The position numbers and the translations under genes were made by a program. This document shows positions 59,031-64,000 of a stretch of 64,000 bases of DNA, piece after piece (position 1 is the stretch's first letter; each line of letters begins with the position of its first letter). Below the pieces are notes generated by a model that made no database searches, was not told where the DNA came from, and saw only the letters and a program-made list of their open reading frames with translations. The stretch lies in NCBI GenBank assembly GCA_965223415.1, contig OZ245002.1:3424001-3488000 (forward strand). Direction: 5' to 3'. Source of the stretch: Myxococcota bacterium (GTDB taxonomy: Bacteria > Myxococcota_A > UBA9160 > UBA6930).

Positions 59031-60281
59031 TCACTCCATGCGTGCGGCGTCGGTCGTCGCCGCCACGATCCCGACCAGCACCAGCATCGCGCCACCCAGC
59101 GCCATCAGCGAGCCCCCGGGTCCGAGGGTGGCGGTGGTGTATCCGGCCATGAGCGAGCCCACCGGTGCCGCGCCGAGGAAGCCGAGCTGGTTGACCGCGA
59201 GGACCCGGCCGCGGGAGGGACCGCGGGCGCGCTCCTGGAAGAGGGTGCGGCTCATGTTCATGAAGACCGAGCCGCAGAGCCCCCAGCCCAGGGTCGCCGC
59301 CACGGCGCCCCCGTAGGGCACGCCGCTGCCGGCGGCCATCAGGCACAGCCCGCCGCTCGCCAGGGCCAGCGCGAGGGCGCGGCCCTTGCGCCGGATGCCG
59401 CCGCGCTTCAGGAGCACGAGGCTTCCCGCGATCGTGCCGATCGGGAACATCATCATCAGCAGCGAGAGCTGCTGCACACTGCCGCCGTAGACGTCGCGTA
59501 CCAGCAGCGGGAAGACGACGTGGTAGCTGCCCATGAAGAACAGGCCGACCCCGGCCACGAGCAGCAACACCGGACGCAGCTCCGAAGCCCACACGAAGCG
59601 CACGCCCTCGGTCATCTCGCCCAGTGAGAGGCGGCGTGCGGGGGGGACGTCGCGCTTGGCGCGGGCCGGGAGACGCCGGGCGAAGAGCGACCCCGCGGCC
59701 AGCACGACGGCCTGCACGGCGAGGGCCGCCTCGGTGCCGATCCAGCGGGCGGCACCGACGATGGTCATACCCACGGTCTGAGAGCCGAACTGGACCACCG
59801 TAACGCCGGTGACCGCTCGCCCGAGGTCGTCGCCGGCGACCGTCGACAGGATGCTGTCGCGGGCCGGATTGCTGAAGGCGCTGCTCATGCCGACGCCCAG
59901 GCCGCAGAGCACGAGCACCGGAAGCGAGAGCCAGCCGCCCGCCACGGCGGCGAGGAGCAGGGCCACGGGGATCACGGCACCCAGATGGAGGACGATGAGC
60001 AGGCGCCGCGGGTCGAAGCGGTCGGCGATGGCACCGCCCACGAGAAGGAAGCTCAGGTTCGAGACCAGCACGGACATCTGCGCGAGGCCGGTGGTCTCGG
60101 CGCTGGCCTGGAGCACGCCGACGACGAGCCACGGGAAGAGCACCTGCTGCATGCCCCAGCCCCCGAACCAGGACGAGATCGTCCCGAGGTAGGAGACGAA
60201 CTGCCGGCGCCGCTCGCGCTCGGCGGCTGCGCCGGTGGGGGAGGGCGACGGCGGGCCGGGTTCGCGGGCGGGCTCCGCCAT
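59031..60281 (-). CDS. MFS transporter
   Basis: GGAIADRFDPRR motif A, PARDSIL, RGRVLAV, ~12 TM segments. Confidence 0.9.
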   Translation of the reverse strand: MAEPAREPGPPSPSPTGAAAERERRRQFVSYLGTISSWFGGWGMQQVLFPWLVVGVLQASAETTGLAQMSVLVSNLSFLLVGGAIADRFDPRRLLIVLHLGAVIPVALLLAAVAGGWLSLPVLVLCGLGVGMSSAFSNPARDSILSTVAGDDLGRAVTGVTVVQFGSQTVGMTIVGAARWIGTEAALAVQAVVLAAGSLFARRLPARAKRDVPPARRLSLGEMTEGVRFVWASELRPVLLLVAGVGLFFMGSYHVVFPLLVRDVYGGSVQQLSLLMMMFPIGTIAGSLVLLKRGGIRRKGRALALALASGGLCLMAAGSGVPYGGAVAATLGWGLCGSVFMNMSRTLFQERARGPSRGRVLAVNQLGFLGAAPVGSLMAGYTTATLGPGGSLMALGGAMLVLVGIVAATTDAARME

Positions 60282-60346
60282 CCGGCGATGGTACCGGTCG
60301 CCCGCCGGGTCGCGTAGAGTCAACGGCCGATTCCGGAGGAGTGCCC

Positions 60347-61228
60347 ATGCGCCTCGGCCTGCAGGTTCCGAACTTCACCTGGCCCGGCGGAGCGGACGCG
60401 ATCGCCGGCACGCTCCGGCAGATCGCCGAGACCGCCGACGAGGGCGGCTTCGCCAGCCTCTGGGTCATGGATCACTTCTTCCAGATCCCGCTGGTCGGAC
60501 GGCCCGAGACCGACATGCTGGAGGGCTACGGCGCCCTCCACTACCTGGCGGGCCTCACGCGCCGCGTGCGGCTGGGCACGATGGTGACCGGGGTGACCTA
60601 TCGCCATCCCGGGGTGCTGGTGAAGACCGTGAGCACGCTGGACGTGCTCTCCGGCGGGCGCGCGACCCTCGGGATCGGCGCCGCCTGGTTCGACCGCGAG
60701 CACCACGGCCTGGGGGTTCCGTACCCGCCCCTGGGCGAGCGCTTCGAGCGTCTCGAGGAGACGCTGCAGATCGCTGAGCAGATGTGGTCCGAGGACGACG
60801 GGCCCTACGAGGGCCACCACTACCAGCTCGCCGAGACCCTGTGCGTGCCCCGGCCGCTCCAGCGGCCGCGGCCGCCGATCCTGATCGGCGGCATGGGCGA
60901 GCGCAAGACCCTGCGTCTCGTCGCCCTCTACGGCGACGCCTGCAACCTCTTCACCTTCATGGGCATGGACGAGCTGGGCCGCAAGCTCGACGTGCTCCGC
61001 CGCCACTGCGAAGACGTCGAGCGGGACTTCGACGAGCTCGAGCGCACCAGCCTCTCGACCATCCAGCTCGGCCCCGAGCACATGAGCGTCCCCGACGTCA
61101 TCGCCCACTGCCGCCAGCTCGCAGACCTCGGTATCCAGCACGCCATCGTGAACCTCCCCGACGTCCACGACATCACGCCCCTCGAGACCCTCGCCAAGGA
61201 AGTCGTCCCCGAGATCACCGGCTTCTGA
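60347..61228 (+). CDS. LLM-class probable F420-dependent oxidoreductase
   Basis: WVMDHFFQI, MVTGVTYRHPG, LGIGAAW, RFERLEE, PPILIGGMGERKTLRLVA. Confidence 0.9.
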   Translation: MRLGLQVPNFTWPGGADAIAGTLRQIAETADEGGFASLWVMDHFFQIPLVGRPETDMLEGYGALHYLAGLTRRVRLGTMVTGVTYRHPGVLVKTVSTLDVLSGGRATLGIGAAWFDREHHGLGVPYPPLGERFERLEETLQIAEQMWSEDDGPYEGHHYQLAETLCVPRPLQRPRPPILIGGMGERKTLRLVALYGDACNLFTFMGMDELGRKLDVLRRHCEDVERDFDELERTSLSTIQLGPEHMSVPDVIAHCRQLADLGIQHAIVNLPDVHDITPLETLAKEVVPEITGF

Positions 61229-62708
61229 ACGTTCCCTCTGCCGCGTTGAGGATGGTGCGGGCGCCTTGTTGGCCGGAGGTGATGACGCCGGTGATGCCGC
61301 CGCCGGGCTGGGTCCAGTGGCCGGCGAGGTGGAGCCCACGAATGGGAGTCGTCGGGTCGGGGCGGCCGGGGCCCACCTGGGCGGGGGTGAGGGCGAAGCC
61401 GTAGAGGGCGCCGGCCTCGTTGCGGGTGTAGCGCTCGAGGGTGCGGGGCGTGGCGCCTTCGCGGAAGCGGATCGCCGGACCGAGGCCGGGCAGCCGCGCC
61501 GCGGCGGCCTGGATCAACGCCTCGGTGAGCTCCTCCTTGCGGGCCGGCCAGGGGCCCGCGTCGGCGCCGAGCAGCGTGGTCAGCACCAGCAGGTGCTCGT
61601 CGTCCGGCGCCAGCGACGGGTCCAGCCCGGTCGGGACCGTGGCGGTGAACCAGCTGGGCCGGCCCGCGAGCGCAGTGCCGTAGGCCGCCTCGTGGTCGAC
61701 GCCGTCGTAGAAGAAGGTCTCGTGGACCCTCGCCGGCAGCGCGGCGCGCTCCACCGCCAGGTAGACCACGAAGCCGGAGATCGAGGCCTCGAGGCGTTCG
61801 AGCTGGCGCCGCGAGCCCGCCGGGATGTGCTCCCGCCCGATCAGCTCGAAGGCGGTCTGCCGGGCGTCCGCGTTCGAGACCACGACCGGCGCGGCGATGC
61901 GCTGCCCGTTCTCGAGCACGATGCCCCGCGCCGCCTCGTCCGACACCAGGATGCGTCGGACTGGACTGCGCAGCAGGATCTCTCCCCCGTGGCTCTCCAC
62001 CGCATGGGCCAGGGCCCGCGCCAGGTTCTGGAAGCTGCCGCGCGCGTAGATTGCGCCCGCCTCCAGGTAGGAGACGAGCATCGTCGACCAGTAGAGGAAC
62101 GAGAGCTTCGAGGGCGGCAGGCCCAGGTAGGGCCACAGGGCGGTGAGCGCCGCCCGCGCGGCGGGATCGCGCACCTGGGATTCGAGCACGTCGGCCACGC
62201 TGGCGCGCCGGTGCCGCAGGAGCGCCGGGAAGCGGCTGGCCCGGCGCAGGATCTCCATCGGTGAGTCGAGCAACGCCGCCCGGTCCGTCTCCCGCGCGAT
62301 GTCCGCGCACTCGGTGAGGAAGGCGCGAATGCCCTTCTCTTCCTTCGGGAAGGCCGCCACGTGGGCCTCGCCGAAGCCCTCCAGGTCGCCCGGCACCTCC
62401 AGGCGCGTACCCGGCAGCTCGACGGCGTAGAAGGGCTCGACCGGCAGCCCCTCGCAGCGATCCGCCACGCCGAGCTCTTCGAGCAGCGCCTCGACGCGCC
62501 CGCGACCCACCACGTGCACCGCCGAGTCGAACAGCCGGCGCCCGCGGCGGAAGGCGTGGGCGTAGCCGCCGACCCGGTCGTGCCGCTCGACGACGAGCAC
62601 CCGCCTTCCCGCCCTGGCCAGCAGGGCGGCCGCCGTGAGGCCGCCGATCCCGCTCCCCACCACGACGATGTCGTAGTGATCGCTGCGCGCCTCCGGGTGG
62701 AACCGCAA
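61215..62708 (-). CDS. Phytoene desaturase / retinol saturase-like FAD-dependent oxidoreductase
   Basis: VGSGIGGL, GGYAHAF, FDSAVH, VVSNAD, ATPRTLERYT.N..GALYG, GHWTQPGGG. Confidence 0.88.
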   Translation of the reverse strand: MRFHPEARSDHYDIVVVGSGIGGLTAAALLARAGRRVLVVERHDRVGGYAHAFRRGRRLFDSAVHVVGRGRVEALLEELGVADRCEGLPVEPFYAVELPGTRLEVPGDLEGFGEAHVAAFPKEEKGIRAFLTECADIARETDRAALLDSPMEILRRASRFPALLRHRRASVADVLESQVRDPAARAALTALWPYLGLPPSKLSFLYWSTMLVSYLEAGAIYARGSFQNLARALAHAVESHGGEILLRSPVRRILVSDEAARGIVLENGQRIAAPVVVSNADARQTAFELIGREHIPAGSRRQLERLEASISGFVVYLAVERAALPARVHETFFYDGVDHEAAYGTALAGRPSWFTATVPTGLDPSLAPDDEHLLVLTTLLGADAGPWPARKEELTEALIQAAAARLPGLGPAIRFREGATPRTLERYTRNEAGALYGFALTPAQVGPGRPDPTTPIRGLHLAGHWTQPGGGITGVITSGQQGARTILNAAEGTFRSR

Positions 62709-62723
62709 TGGGGCGGCCGCGCT

Positions 62724-63971
62724 TCAGCGGATCTCGAGCTCGGCGGGATCGTTGCCCGCCAGCCCGTAGCGGCACATGAACTCGACCAGCCCGAGGCTGT
62801 AGGGGTTGGTCGTGTCCTCACCGGTGAAGATGCGCGGCATGTGGCGACGGAAGTGGAAGTCCATCATCCGCCCCACCGGCGTCCGTCGAACGTACTCGCC
62901 GACCCGGAACATCGTGAGCAGCCGACCGCTGTAGTAGTAGCCGGCGACCCGCTGCCAGACCGTGAGGTTGTGCAGCACGAGCTTCTGGTACTTCTCGAGG
63001 GCTCGATCGGTGCCCTTGAGCAGCGCCTTCGCCAGCGCTTCGGCGCTCTGCATGCCGATCAGCATCCCGCTCGAGAAGACCGGGTCGACGAAGCCGAAGG
63101 AGTCGCCGACCAGCGACCAGTTCGGCCCTACGCCGCGCTCGGTGCGCAGCTGGTAGTTCGTGTAGCGGATCACCGGTGTCGTCCTCCGCGCGTCCTTCGC
63201 CCATTCACGGGTGTGCGCGTCCGCCTGGAGGTAGGCGTCGAACTGCTCCTCGGCGGTCTTGCCGAAGCCGCGGACGAATTCGCTGCCGATCACGATGCCG
63301 ACGGACACGCGATCGCGTAGGGGGATGCGCCAGCTCCAGCCGTGCTCGAGGCGATCGGTGTGGACGTTGCCCTCGACCTCCATGGGCACGCCCTCCATGT
63401 GGGCGTGCAGCGCCGCGTCCTTGCGATCGCCCTCGATCGACGGCAGGTCGAGGAAGCGGGCGACCAGACGGTTGCGCCCGGTCGCGTCGACGATCCAGTC
63501 CGGCTCGCCGCCCAGCACCGGTCGCGCCGCCTCGAGGCTGGCTTCGTCCAGGCGCAGGCTCTCGCCGTCGTCGCTCTCGAGGCCGACCGAATGCTCCACC
63601 TGCTGGGCGCCGGCGTTCAGGGCGGCCTGGAGGAGGGTCGCGTCGAAGCGATCTCGGGGGACGTTGTAGGAGTAGGTGGTCTTTGCCGACGGCACCTCGT
63701 GGAACTTGAAGCTCATACCGTCCTGGAGACTGAAGACGAAGGTGGCGCCGCCCTTGAAGCGGCTGTAGGAGGCCACCTCCTTCTCGACGCCCAGCTTGCG
63801 CAGGTAGGGCACGATCGCCGGGACGAGGGACTCACCGACGATGATCGGCGGCCGCTTGCCGCGGGTGAAGAGCGCGACGTCCACGCCCTCCCTCGCCAGG
63901 TACGTCGCGACGGCCGAGCCGGCCGGGCCGCCGCCGAGGATCGCCACCTTCCGGAGCGTTCGCTTCGCCAT
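62724..63971 (-). CDS. Flavin-dependent halogenase-like oxidoreductase
   Basis: GGGPAG, VGESLVP, FKGGATF, VPRDRFD, DATGR, WSWRIP, GDSFGFVDPVFSSG. Confidence 0.85.
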   Translation of the reverse strand: MAKRTLRKVAILGGGPAGSAVATYLAREGVDVALFTRGKRPPIIVGESLVPAIVPYLRKLGVEKEVASYSRFKGGATFVFSLQDGMSFKFHEVPSAKTTYSYNVPRDRFDATLLQAALNAGAQQVEHSVGLESDDGESLRLDEASLEAARPVLGGEPDWIVDATGRNRLVARFLDLPSIEGDRKDAALHAHMEGVPMEVEGNVHTDRLEHGWSWRIPLRDRVSVGIVIGSEFVRGFGKTAEEQFDAYLQADAHTREWAKDARRTTPVIRYTNYQLRTERGVGPNWSLVGDSFGFVDPVFSSGMLIGMQSAEALAKALLKGTDRALEKYQKLVLHNLTVWQRVAGYYYSGRLLTMFRVGEYVRRTPVGRMMDFHFRRHMPRIFTGEDTTNPYSLGLVEFMCRYGLAGNDPAELEIR

Positions 63972-64000
63972 CGCGGCGCAGTCTAGCCCTAATCGGGCAT

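Overview
A very GC-rich (roughly 70%), densely coding bacterial chromosomal segment. Gene style and content suggest a Myxococcota/deltaproteobacterium-like heterotroph (inference only). About 60 CDSs: many SDR, luciferase-like monooxygenase (LLM) and hydrolase genes, secreted phosphorus-scavenging enzymes, a group-2-like sigma70 factor, dusB, bolA, a Prc/Tsp protease, ahcY, badH/badI homologues, an osmoprotectant ABC transporter and c-di-GMP-related proteins. There is one intact IS5-type element with a CTAG target duplication, a transposase remnant and a patch of decaying genes. I saw no rRNA, tRNA or CRISPR array. Highlights: (i) a divergent gene pair resembling an NAD+-dependent sulfoquinovosidase (GH188/SqgA-like) and a sulfoquinovose monooxygenase (SmoC/SquD-like); (ii) two perfect ~70-bp intergenic palindromes; (iii) a triple repeat forming a chain of GTGA-coupled mini-ORFs; (iv) a probable ATT start codon; (v) pervasive leaderless TAnnnT-N5-8-start architecture; (vi) badHI coupled to an AhpD-like gene pair; (vii) a halogenase-like plus desaturase-like pair; (viii) a CGLGxEL-TM-RRRR C-terminal sorting-like motif. 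All family assignments are by motif recognition from memory, not database searches.
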